From contig CAWHBU010000002.1 of NCBI GenBank assembly GCA_963827685.1, positions 576,001 to 640,000 on the forward strand: a stretch of 64,000 nt of DNA, in the 5' to 3' direction. Position numbers and translations under genes: made by a program. Positions 10,297 through 18,590 of this stretch are shown piece after piece. The notes beneath the pieces were generated by a model. The model was not told the origin of the DNA, did no database searches, and saw only the letters and a list, made by a program, of their open reading frames with translations. The stretch comes from an uncultured delta proteobacterium (GTDB taxonomy: Bacteria > Desulfobacterota > BSN033 > UBA1163). Each line of letters opens with the position of its first letter. Positions within the stretch are counted from its first letter, which is position 1.

Positions 10297-10539
10297 TTAT
10301 TTTTCCTCGGGTTTTTTCTCTCCAGAAGCAGAAGCTTCCTCCTTCCCCATCTCCAGTTTCGATTTGATCTCACTGATGAAGTAGACGAGAACGCCGGCAC
10401 CGATTAAAAGCATCAGGATGGGGACGACGGCCATCAACCCTCTGACAAACATCGACCACCATTGGAACAAAAGAAGGTAAAGTCCGATAATGATCACCAC
10501 AACTCCGATAATAATTCCCAATATATTCGACACGATCAT
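10297..10539 (-). CDS. Small two-helix membrane protein
   Basis: RBS AGGGGGTG before the ATG; two TM segments and a charged tail. Confidence 0.7.
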   Translation of the reverse strand: MIVSNILGIIIGVVVIIIGLYLLLFQWWSMFVRGLMAVVPILMLLIGAGVLVYFISEIKSKLEMGKEEASASGEKKPEEK

Positions 10540-10649
10540 CACCCCCTTTGAAGAGTTTTCTTGTTTAAGACAATTAGCAAATGATGAGAAAGAAGTCAAG
10601 GCCAATTTTAATGAACTAAGCATCTTTATTTCCGTGACAAACATAAAAT

Positions 10650-10833
10650 CCCCCCTCACCCTAGCCCTCTCCCCTTGGGGGCTGTGTCGCAATGTCATTG
10701 CGAGGGAGTGAAACGACCGAAGCAATCTCACAACGTTCCGAAAATAAAGAGATTGCCGCGCTCCCTTCGGTCGCTCGCAATGACAAGCCGAGGATTATGA
10801 CACAGTCTCTTGGGGGAGAGGGGAGGGTGAGGG
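10650..10833. repeat. Three-layer nested palindromic repeat
   Basis: Outer CCCCTCACCCTAGCCCTCTCCCC/GGGGAGAGGG...GTGAGGGG; middle GGCTGTGTCGCAA/TTATGACACAGTC; inner TGTCATTGCGAG/CTCGCAATGACA. Confidence 0.85.
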
Positions 10834-10948
10834 GAAAAATGATTCAAGATATAGACAGGGGAAAGGCATTGAGGTAATATGTATACGAACATTATCTCAG
10901 TCCCAAAAGAGAATATGGTCAGTAACGAGATTGTGAGGTGGTTTTAAC

Positions 10949-11881
10949 ATGGCTATCCATTTGAAAGGAAGATCGTTAGATAGTCTTTTCTATTTGACCA
11001 AAGAAGAGATTGAACAGATTTTAACAACGTCGGAATTACTAAAATCTCAACACCTTCGTGGAGAGGAGCACCCTTTGCTAAAGGGGAAGACATTGGCGAT
11101 GATCTTTGAGAAACCATCCACACGGACAAGGGTTTCATTTGAGGTGGGAATGTGGCAACTCGGGGGATATGCGCTTTATCTGAGTGTCAGTGATCTGCAG
11201 CTGGGCCGTGGGGAGACCATCGCTGATACGGCCCAGGTTCTCTCCCGTTATGTGGATGGGATTATGGCAAGGGTCTTTGCCCATCAGACCATCCTCGACC
11301 TGATAAAATATTCGAGAGTGCCGGTGATTAATGGGCTTTCAGACCTTACTCACCCCTGCCAAGGTCTGGCTGACCTTTTCACCATCTACGAGAGGAAGGG
11401 CCGGCTTTCAGGATTGAAACTTGCTTATGTAGGAGATGGCAATAACGTAGCCAATTCCCTCCTCTATGGTTGTTCAAAAGTCGGTATGGATATCGCTCTC
11501 GCATGCCCAAAAGGGTATGAGCCAAATCCAGAAGTTGTCGCAAAGGCGAAAGAAGAAGGGAAAAAAAGTGGTTGTAAGGTGAAGGTAACGAAAGATCCAA
11601 AAGAAGCAGTTCGAGAAGCCGATATAATTTATACGGATGTCTGGACCAGTATGGGAAAGGAAAAGGAGCACCGCAAAAGGGTGAAGATATTTAAACCCTA
11701 TCAGGTCAATGGAAAGTTGGTCAAAGAAGCGAAAGAAGATTATCTCTTCATGCATTGTTTGCCAGCCCATCGGGGGGAAGAAGTTACCGACGAAGTGGCA
11801 GATTCGGACAACAGTGTCATCTTCGATCAAGCAGAGAACAGACTTCATACACAAAAAGCACTTTTAACGCTGATTATGTAA
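10949..11881 (+). CDS. argF: Ornithine carbamoyltransferase
   Basis: KPSTRTR, HPCQ, DVWTSMG, HCLP motifs. Confidence 0.96.
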   Translation: MAIHLKGRSLDSLFYLTKEEIEQILTTSELLKSQHLRGEEHPLLKGKTLAMIFEKPSTRTRVSFEVGMWQLGGYALYLSVSDLQLGRGETIADTAQVLSRYVDGIMARVFAHQTILDLIKYSRVPVINGLSDLTHPCQGLADLFTIYERKGRLSGLKLAYVGDGNNVANSLLYGCSKVGMDIALACPKGYEPNPEVVAKAKEEGKKSGCKVKVTKDPKEAVREADIIYTDVWTSMGKEKEHRKRVKIFKPYQVNGKLVKEAKEDYLFMHCLPAHRGEEVTDEVADSDNSVIFDQAENRLHTQKALLTLIM

Positions 11882-11892
11882 GGAAAGTTAAT

Positions 11893-11934
11893 AGTTCGGA
11901 GTTAGGAGTTCGGAGCTCGGAGTTAAAACTCAAA
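11893..11934. repeat. Heptamer tandem repeat GTTCGGA/GTTAGGA
   Basis: 4-5 tandem units between argF and pyrC. Confidence 0.7.
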
Positions 11935-11938
11935 ACCT

Positions 11939-13261
11939 ATGAAGCTTTTAATCGAGAAGGCAAGCTTGGTGACCACGGAACCAAGACCTCCTAAGGTATT
12001 TGATGTTTTGATTAGCGAGGGGAAGATTTGTGAGATTGCTGAGAAGATTGTAGCCCCGGAAGCCTCTACCATTGACGCACGCGGAAAAATACTGGCGCCG
12101 GGTCTCGTGGATGGTCACGTCCATTTTAGGGAACCTGGCCAGGAGTATAAAGAAGACCTCCGTACTGGCTCATTGGCCGCCGCATCCGGCGGGTTCACGA
12201 CTGTCATAGCAGAACCCAATACGACTCCTCCCATAGATACTCCAACCCGACTTCGGCGTTTGTTAAATATTGCAGAGAAAAAGAGTATCATTAACTTTTA
12301 TTCTAAGTCAGCCATAACCAAGGGGACGATGGGGTATCAGCTGGCGGATATTGGCAAGCTGAAAGAAGCCGGCGCGAGAGCCATTTCTGACGATGGAAAT
12401 CCCATCCCCAGCCATAGGCTAATGCGAAACGCACTTATCAAAGGGAAGGAATGCGGTATCCTGGTGAGTCCGCATTGCGAGGAATCAGCGCTCTATCGGG
12501 AAAGGATACTGAGGCAGCGGGAGAAACGCGGGCAGCAATCACTCTATCTTCACATGCCATATTCTTCATCCGCGGCTGGTCCTTATACGTCCGAAGCCGG
12601 GTTTATTAAGCGCGATATTGAATTGGCCGAGAAAACCGAAGCACGCCTCCATATCTCACATGTGAGCCTGGCTAAGTCGGTGGAAATCATTGCCAATGCG
12701 AAGAAGCGAGGAGTCAAGGTGACTGCAGAGGCCACCCCGCATCATCTCCTGTTAACGGAGCAAATGGCAAAAGAGATTGGACCGAACGCAAAAGTAAATC
12801 CACCCTTGAGGTCGGAAGAAGATGTGGAGGCGGTAAGGGAAGGGCTTACGAACGGCACTATCGATATTATCGCGAGTGACCATGCCCCACATTCACCCGA
12901 GGAAAAGAATCGACCTTGGGATCAAGCTCCTTTTGGCGTGATCGGTTTGGAGACAACACTTGGCTTGGTCTTAACTTATTTGGTGCGTCCAGGGATTTTG
13001 ACATTAAGTCAAGCGATCGAGAAAATAAGCATAATCCCGGCAAGGATTTTTGGACTCGATGTGCTGGGAGTTGGCACTCTCAGGCCAGGAGTGAAAGCAG
13101 ATCTGACCCTGATTGATTTGGATAGAAAATGGAAAGTGGACGTGAGTAGTTTTTACTCCAAGGGTAGAAATTGCCCTTTTAATGGCTGGGAGCTTCGTGG
13201 AAGAGCAATACTCACAATCGTCGCAGGAAGAATTGTGGCAAAGGACGGCGTGGTGATGTAA
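11939..13261 (+). CDS. pyrC: Dihydroorotase (multifunctional-complex type)
   Basis: DGHVHFREPG, PNT, HCE, KVNPPLR, SDHAPH. Confidence 0.95.
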   Translation: MKLLIEKASLVTTEPRPPKVFDVLISEGKICEIAEKIVAPEASTIDARGKILAPGLVDGHVHFREPGQEYKEDLRTGSLAAASGGFTTVIAEPNTTPPIDTPTRLRRLLNIAEKKSIINFYSKSAITKGTMGYQLADIGKLKEAGARAISDDGNPIPSHRLMRNALIKGKECGILVSPHCEESALYRERILRQREKRGQQSLYLHMPYSSSAAGPYTSEAGFIKRDIELAEKTEARLHISHVSLAKSVEIIANAKKRGVKVTAEATPHHLLLTEQMAKEIGPNAKVNPPLRSEEDVEAVREGLTNGTIDIIASDHAPHSPEEKNRPWDQAPFGVIGLETTLGLVLTYLVRPGILTLSQAIEKISIIPARIFGLDVLGVGTLRPGVKADLTLIDLDRKWKVDVSSFYSKGRNCPFNGWELRGRAILTIVAGRIVAKDGVVM

Positions 13262-13286
13262 TTTCTGTATTTCAAAGGAGGGTAAG

Positions 13287-14216
13287 ATGGTCAGCCTGAA
13301 AGGAAAAGATATCCTTCATGGGAATCAGTTTTCGAAGAAGGATATCGATGGGATTATTAGGATTGCGTCTAATTTTGAGAGGGAACTTAAGAAAAAGGAT
13401 TCTTTGACTTTATTGAAAGGAAAGATTTTGGCAACTCTTTTCTTTGAGCCAAGCACCCGGACCCGGCTCTCCTTTGAAACAGCCATGCAGCGCTTAGGAG
13501 GAGGGGTGATCAGCATGGCATCAGCAGAGAGCTCCTCAGCCGCAAAAGGCGAAACCGTTGCAGATACAGCCAGGACAGTCTCCCAATATGCAGATGTTAT
13601 CGTGATTCGTCATCCTCGTATCGGATCAGCCAAAGAAGCGGCTGATGCCGCTCCGATCCCTGTCATCAATGCAGGGGATGGGGCAGGGCAGCACCCGACT
13701 CAAGCCCTCCTTGATATTTATACCATTTATAAAGAATTGGGTTCTCTCAAGAATCTGGGGGTTTCCATGGTAGGCGATTTAAAAAACGGGCGCACGGTTC
13801 ATGCATTGGTTGAACTTTTATCTCTCTTCCGGACGAGACTCTATCTTGTCTCTCCCAGTAGTCTCCGAATGCCGGAGGAAATCGTCTCCCATCTCAAACA
13901 GAAAGGCGTTGAGATCGAAGAGACAGAGGATTTTAAGAAAGCAGCCTCGGAAAGCCATCTCGTTTACATGACGCGGATTCAAAAGGAGCGTTTTGAGAAT
14001 CTTTCTGAATATGAGCGAGTTAAAGGCTATTACATCATTGATGAGAAATTCCTGAAAGAGCTTAAAAAGAAGATCACTATTCTCCACCCACTTCCAAGGG
14101 TAGACGAGATCAGTCCGGAAGTGGATAGCTATCCCGGAGCAGCCTATTTCAGACAGGTGAAAAATGGTGTTTTTGTCAGAATGGCTTTGCTTGCCATGGT
14201 GTTGGGAAAACGTTAA
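13287..14216 (+). CDS. pyrB: Aspartate carbamoyltransferase catalytic subunit
   Basis: FFEPSTRTR, HPTQALLD, GDLKNGRT, TRIQKER, HPLP. Confidence 0.96.
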   Translation: MVSLKGKDILHGNQFSKKDIDGIIRIASNFERELKKKDSLTLLKGKILATLFFEPSTRTRLSFETAMQRLGGGVISMASAESSSAAKGETVADTARTVSQYADVIVIRHPRIGSAKEAADAAPIPVINAGDGAGQHPTQALLDIYTIYKELGSLKNLGVSMVGDLKNGRTVHALVELLSLFRTRLYLVSPSSLRMPEEIVSHLKQKGVEIEETEDFKKAASESHLVYMTRIQKERFENLSEYERVKGYYIIDEKFLKELKKKITILHPLPRVDEISPEVDSYPGAAYFRQVKNGVFVRMALLAMVLGKR

Positions 14217-14290
14217 GAATATCCCAATTCCAAACACCGATCTCCAATTCCAAATACTAGCCAAAGATATTTGAAATTTTCCCTGTATAT

Positions 14291-14395
14291 TCCCTCCCCC
14301 CTGCCTGCCGGTAGGCAGGGGGGAGGGTCAGGGTGGGGGTGGACAAAATCGATTGGTTCCCCCTCTCCTTCATCCCCTCCCACGGTGGGGAGGGG
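14291..14395. repeat. CCCTCCCC...GGGGAGGG palindromic doublet with nested CCTGCCTGCCGGTAGGCAGG (14300-14319)
   Basis: Visible inverted repeats; similar doublet at 24091-24206; same nested palindrome at 40703-40721. Confidence 0.75.
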
Positions 14396-14480
14396 ATGCT
14401 CTTAGGGAAATTGTTTTAAATGTTAGAGATAAATTCTCAATCTTCCGTGTCTACACAATTATGGCCTGACCAGTAATCCC

Positions 14481-15113
14481 TCAGATCCACTTCAACACCA
14501 CTGCAAACAAGATGAGACAGATAATGTCGAAAGCATAGATGATCCCCACCGTGCTTATCTTCCGCCGGAGGCTATCCATGTCAAACACCCAGAACGAGAC
14601 CAGAAAGAAAGGCAAGTAGCCGATCAGAAAAATCAGCCAGGGTGCTCCTGCACGCCACCACGAATAGTCCCAGGTCAATGCTCCGACTAAGTTCAACAGA
14701 ATCTCCACGAAGACGCAAAAGATCGAATTAATGATAGCGAAGAAGAGGCGGTTTGGCAGACCCAGGATTTTCAGTCGCTTGTCGGCAGGGAGCATTTTTG
14801 AGAAGGCGATGCCGGCGATCGCAAACATGAAACAGATTTCGATGCTCAGCCCGATCAGGATCAGGAAGGCTGTCTTGCCGGGGGCGCCCCATACAGGTGC
14901 GAACTGGGTGAAGTGGAAGACCAGGCCGTTCCAGATCTCGTTAAACCAATCCATCCCCCAAAAAGCTAATCCGGCGAACACCAGGCTCCAGTTTCCTCGT
15001 TCGACCTCCACCGCATAGACGTACACCGTCAGAGCAAACAGAGTAATGACGTACCATTGGAACAGACTTCCGTCGCGAAGTATGTTCAGGGCCTCCGAAG
15101 CAGCTTGTGTCAT
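14481..15113 (-). CDS. Conserved-looking integral membrane protein of unknown function
   Basis: Strong RBS AAGGAGG; about 6 TM helices; DWFNEIWN motif. Confidence 0.8.
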   Translation of the reverse strand: MTQAASEALNILRDGSLFQWYVITLFALTVYVYAVEVERGNWSLVFAGLAFWGMDWFNEIWNGLVFHFTQFAPVWGAPGKTAFLILIGLSIEICFMFAIAGIAFSKMLPADKRLKILGLPNRLFFAIINSIFCVFVEILLNLVGALTWDYSWWRAGAPWLIFLIGYLPFFLVSFWVFDMDSLRRKISTVGIIYAFDIICLILFAVVLKWI

Positions 15114-15310
15114 CTCAGACCTCCTTCGTTTAGTTGTGATTATGTTGTGATAGATAGATGCCTATGTCGCACGAGCATTATTTTCAAGTTCATTCTGTAG
15201 ATGAAGGGATTATATGTACGTGAAAGAAAGGTGTCAACCTGTTTTTGACTCAGAAGCATCGAATTGAGGGCACGTTTTCATCCAACTCATCGGATTCGGT
15301 CGAGATTGGC

Positions 15311-15325
15311 TTTTTCTACAGACTC
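15311..15325. mobile_element. Isolated IS1182-type terminal inverted repeat abutting an attC
   Basis: Reverse complement GAGTCTGTAGAAAAAGCCA matches the MITE end at 18200 (GAGCCTGTAGAAAAAGTCA) at 17/19. Confidence 0.7.
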
Positions 15326-15380
15326 AACGTCCGAGCTCAGCCGCGCACTTTTGCCCGTCGGCTGGGGCGACTTGTTCGCC
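15326..15380 (-). other. Integron attC site (end of toxin-antitoxin cassette)
   Basis: R'' GGCGAAC ... GTT; arms GCTCAGCCG/CGGCTG[G]GGC with one extra base. R'' is the exact complement of the cassette start GTTCGCC (15873-15867). Confidence 0.85.
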
Positions 15381-15570
15381 CTGCGATTCTTTTTTTCAAT
15401 TCTGCAATTCCAATAGTAGGAGCATCCTTCTCTGTCATCTTAGCTTCTCGAAGGCAGCGAAGATCTTCGTATGAAGCAAGCTCTTCCTGTATTTTCTGAA
15501 ATTCTTCATAGGGTAAAACAGCATATTCTTTTTTTCCGTTTTTTTTAATAATTTGCGCATTTACTACCAT
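15337..15570 (-). CDS. Type II antitoxin, Phd/YefM-like
   Basis: IIKKNGKKEYAVLPYEEF; RBS AAGGAG; directly downstream of a RelE gene; runs into the attC. Confidence 0.8.
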   Translation of the reverse strand: MVVNAQIIKKNGKKEYAVLPYEEFQKIQEELASYEDLRCLREAKMTEKDAPTIGIAELKKRIAGRTSRPSRRAKVRG

Positions 15571-15581
15571 AAAAACTCCTT

Positions 15582-15830
15582 TCATCTATATGCTTCTCGA
15601 CGATGACGAACCCTATAGACGACAATGTTTTTATTTTCAACCTCAAATAAAACCCTGTAATCACCTACCCGCAAACGATACTCGGGAGTAAAATTTGTAA
15701 GCCGTTTAACATCTCCCTTTAAATCAACGCTCATTGCCTCAATGCCTTTGATGATCTGTAAGTGCAAGCGTGACGAAAGACGTTCAATATCCTTCACTGC
15801 TCTTGGTTTAAATTGTATATTATATTTCAT
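15582..15830 (-). CDS. RelE/ParE family toxin
   Basis: MKYNIQFKPRAVKDIERL...YRLRVGDYRVLF...VRHRREAY. Confidence 0.9.
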   Translation of the reverse strand: MKYNIQFKPRAVKDIERLSSRLHLQIIKGIEAMSVDLKGDVKRLTNFTPEYRLRVGDYRVLFEVENKNIVVYRVRHRREAYR

Positions 15831-15866
15831 ATTTTTGCGAGCCAAATATATCTATCACATTTAGTG

Positions 15867-15929
15867 GGCGAACATCCGAGCTGAGGCCCTTTGGGCCTTC
15901 TGCTCGGCGCAAACGGGAGGTTGTTGACT
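15867..15929 (-). other. Degenerate attC-like site
   Basis: R' GTTCGCC; hairpin CCGAGC.GAGGCCC/GGGCCT..GCTCGG; possible R'' AGTCAAC, poorly paired. Confidence 0.5.
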
Positions 15930-16093
15930 AGCAGGAATTGTTCTTCCTCTGCCTGGGGGATATTCCCATCTTTCTAAATCTCTATCTTTGCTTCCTTCAT
16001 CAGATTTATTCAACTTGGTCAACAACGCTCCCTTGCTCTTATTAATATCTCAGTTTCTCAAGCCTTTTCCCGATGATCCTCCCCAGAATCTAA

Positions 16094-17680
16094 TCATTTC
16101 AGCTCCGTCACAGGCGACTCTTCTGCCCACAGGTCGTAAACGTAATTATAAAGCTGTTCGCTCACCGACACCTTGTAAGGAGTAGGGTTGATGTCCCTTA
16201 GGTAGTCTTCTCGTGTGCTCCGCAGTTGATTCAAAACATAATCCCTGGACTCATTTAACGGGACTTCCGGATAGATCCTCTTCCCATCCCAGACACAATG
16301 ATGGAGTGGAATCACTCTGGAGGGGGTGACATAGAGGCGCTTGATATGGTCAAACGGGTGATGGCATAATACACGCTTTGATGGTTCCGGTGGCTTATCT
16401 CCCACTTTTATCATCAGATCCAGCAGGCCGTACCCGTCTTCACCTAAAAGGCGGTAAGCCTCTTTCTTCCCGGGTATGGTCATTTTGCTCAATTCCTGGG
16501 AAAGTTTTATCCGAGGTATGCCTCTTGCTTCAACCAGTTTGTAGATGCATCCCATGGCAGGCTGATCATCGCACGTCACAAGATGCGTGCCTATACCAAA
16601 CGTGTCGATTTCATGGCCCTGCTGCCCGAGAGAACTCAGAATACTCCTATTAATCTCGTTGCTGGCCAGAATCAGACATTTTGAGAGATCGGAGCCAGTC
16701 CTGGCACCTATTTCATTGAGCACCTTCCTTGTTCCTCTTGAAAGGTAGGAAAGGTCTCCGGAATCCAATCTTACCCCTATGGGCCTGTACCCCAGTTTGA
16801 GAAGCCCGAGGGCCACACAAACAAAGTTAGGAACGCCTGATTTCAAGGTATCGTAGGTATCCACAAGGGCCAGAAACTCTCTGGGAAAGGCCTGGGCATA
16901 CGCAATAAAGGATGCAAGTTCTCCTTCATTTGTATGGTTGAAACCCAATTCTGCCCGGATCTCTAAAACCATTTTGACAAAATCATGGACTTTTCCGTCC
17001 GCTCCAGTAAGCGTGTGATCTTTCAAATCCTCAACACCAATAAAAGACTGAACATAAGAGTGGGCATGAGTTCCCCGTATGGGTATACCGAAAACATAGC
17101 CTGCAAGAACGTTGCTTGTCCCATCAAAGCCACCCATAAAGCTGTAACGGGAAGCTGAAAGCCCTCCATCCGGGCCTTGCGCCCTTCGTAAACCGAATTC
17201 AATTAGGCCTTTGTCAAACCCCACAGTTAAGCGATATTTAGCCGCGTTGGTTGTCATTAAGCTTGGATAATTGGTCAGCGTCAGCGTGGGAGTCTCGATC
17301 AACTGAGCAACCGCTATCGGACCTTCTACTCTCATCAAAGGCTCGCGAGGAAAAGATATCGTTCCTTCCTTGAAGGCATAAATCTTCATTCTGGAACAGT
17401 CCACGCTCTTGAGCCAGTCGAAAAAACCTCTCTCACATTGTGGCATCTGCTCCTTGAGATAGGCAACGTGATCATCGGTAAAACAGAAATTCTCAAACAG
17501 CCTGAGTTTCTCCTCGAGGCCGGCGTATATAGCGAATTCTCCCCCAAAAGGATTCTTGCGGAAGAAAAGGTCAAATACAGCCTCTTCCTCGTGCACTCCG
17601 GCTTTCCAATAAGCATAAGCCATGGTTATCTGGTAGAAATCAGTCAACATAGGATTTACCAGTTGGTTCGTTGGCTTCAT
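16094..17680 (-). CDS. pncB: Nicotinate phosphoribosyltransferase (long form)
   Basis: LTDFYQITM, EFGLRRAQG, GTHAHS, LVDTYD, RLDSGD, GIGTHL. Confidence 0.95.
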   Translation of the reverse strand: MKPTNQLVNPMLTDFYQITMAYAYWKAGVHEEEAVFDLFFRKNPFGGEFAIYAGLEEKLRLFENFCFTDDHVAYLKEQMPQCERGFFDWLKSVDCSRMKIYAFKEGTISFPREPLMRVEGPIAVAQLIETPTLTLTNYPSLMTTNAAKYRLTVGFDKGLIEFGLRRAQGPDGGLSASRYSFMGGFDGTSNVLAGYVFGIPIRGTHAHSYVQSFIGVEDLKDHTLTGADGKVHDFVKMVLEIRAELGFNHTNEGELASFIAYAQAFPREFLALVDTYDTLKSGVPNFVCVALGLLKLGYRPIGVRLDSGDLSYLSRGTRKVLNEIGARTGSDLSKCLILASNEINRSILSSLGQQGHEIDTFGIGTHLVTCDDQPAMGCIYKLVEARGIPRIKLSQELSKMTIPGKKEAYRLLGEDGYGLLDLMIKVGDKPPEPSKRVLCHHPFDHIKRLYVTPSRVIPLHHCVWDGKRIYPEVPLNESRDYVLNQLRSTREDYLRDINPTPYKVSVSEQLYNYVYDLWAEESPVTELK

Positions 17681-17758
17681 CTATCCTACTCCTTCCTACA
17701 CCTACTTTTCATCACTTCAACGTAAGGCATCTGGTTGAAGATTACCGATTGAAAGAAT

Positions 17759-17848
17759 GATTAACAACTGAGATAACCCGCGCAGGCAAGCACCTATGCC
17801 AAAAACCTGCCGCGGCTAATCCGCGTCAGGTTGATGCGGTTGTTAGTG
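17759..17848 (-). other. Integron attC site (90 bp)
   Basis: R'' CACTAAC, L'' region GCATCAACCTGAC, internal palindrome, R' GTTAATC. TCTCACTAAC is complementary over 10 bp to the cassette start at 18199. Confidence 0.85.
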
Positions 17849-17865
17849 AGAGTTTATTTTTCTCG

Positions 17866-18186
17866 TCAATCTCCTTCCCATGGAAATTTCCAAGGCGGGA
17901 TATTCATCCATTTCGGTGTTGATGTCATCTCGACCTTGCGTTTTCTTATAGTTTTTGCTGTCATGATTATGTAAACAGGGGTGGCGATAAGAAGGATAAG
18001 CAGCACCAGAAAAGTTCCGACCGGTTGACCGAAATAATTCTGATAGCCAAAGAAGTCCCGCCTGACAAAATAACCAATGCATGTTGCCCAGAGTATTGCT
18101 AGGATGATCCCTGCAATGCTAATGCCCATTATGTCAGTTTTGCGAATCTTCCGGGACTTTTTGTCTGCTGATCTCTTTTTCTTCAT
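17866..18186 (-). CDS. Cassette-encoded small membrane protein (2 TM)
   Basis: ATG 13 nt after the cassette-start GTTAGTG; stop 17 nt before the attC. Confidence 0.75.
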   Translation of the reverse strand: MKKKRSADKKSRKIRKTDIMGISIAGIILAILWATCIGYFVRRDFFGYQNYFGQPVGTFLVLLILLIATPVYIIMTAKTIRKRKVEMTSTPKWMNIPPWKFPWEGD

Positions 18187-18199
18187 TTTTCTCACTAAC

Positions 18200-18503
18200 G
18201 AGCCTGTAGAAAAAGTCACTTTTTTAAAAAGTGCTTCTTCTGCTGGATCAAAAATAGAAAATTATTTTCTGTCATCAAAAGGCTTTACAATCCTTGGTGC
18301 AATGTTTGTCTTTTCATGATATTTTTCTTACCAAAGTACCATATCACCCAATCCGGCTCCGTTCACGCAAACTCCACACCGTATCGAACGGAATAATCAT
18401 ATCTTTGTATCTCGCCATCCAGCCCCCCTAAGCGGTCCCGGCTCTCTTTGCCACTACTGATATGGCGATTTTATCATGCTTTCAAAGATTTTTCTACGGC
18501 CTC
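18200..18503 (-). mobile_element. 304-bp IS1182-family internal-deletion derivative (MITE) inserted in an attC
   Basis: TIRs GAGCCTGTAGAAAAA / TTTTTCTACGGCCTC (13/15). Relic reading MARYK-YDYS fused to ...RYGVEFA* from 18418 (one indel), resembling IS1182 transposase termini. Confidence 0.8.
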
Positions 18504-18590
18504 AAAGGGGGTGAGCTAACTACCAGATCGTAAGCTAAAGAAGAAGGGAGAAATGGGTGACACTCCTGAGAAGGAGAAAGGAGTGTACCC

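Noticed and set aside
10540-10877. ORF 10692-10877 and the N-terminal extension of 10297-10731
   Set aside because: These are translations of nested palindromic repeats.
14481-15113. Membrane protein gene as an additional integron cassette
   Set aside because: No attC after its stop, and it has its own long leader and strong RBS.
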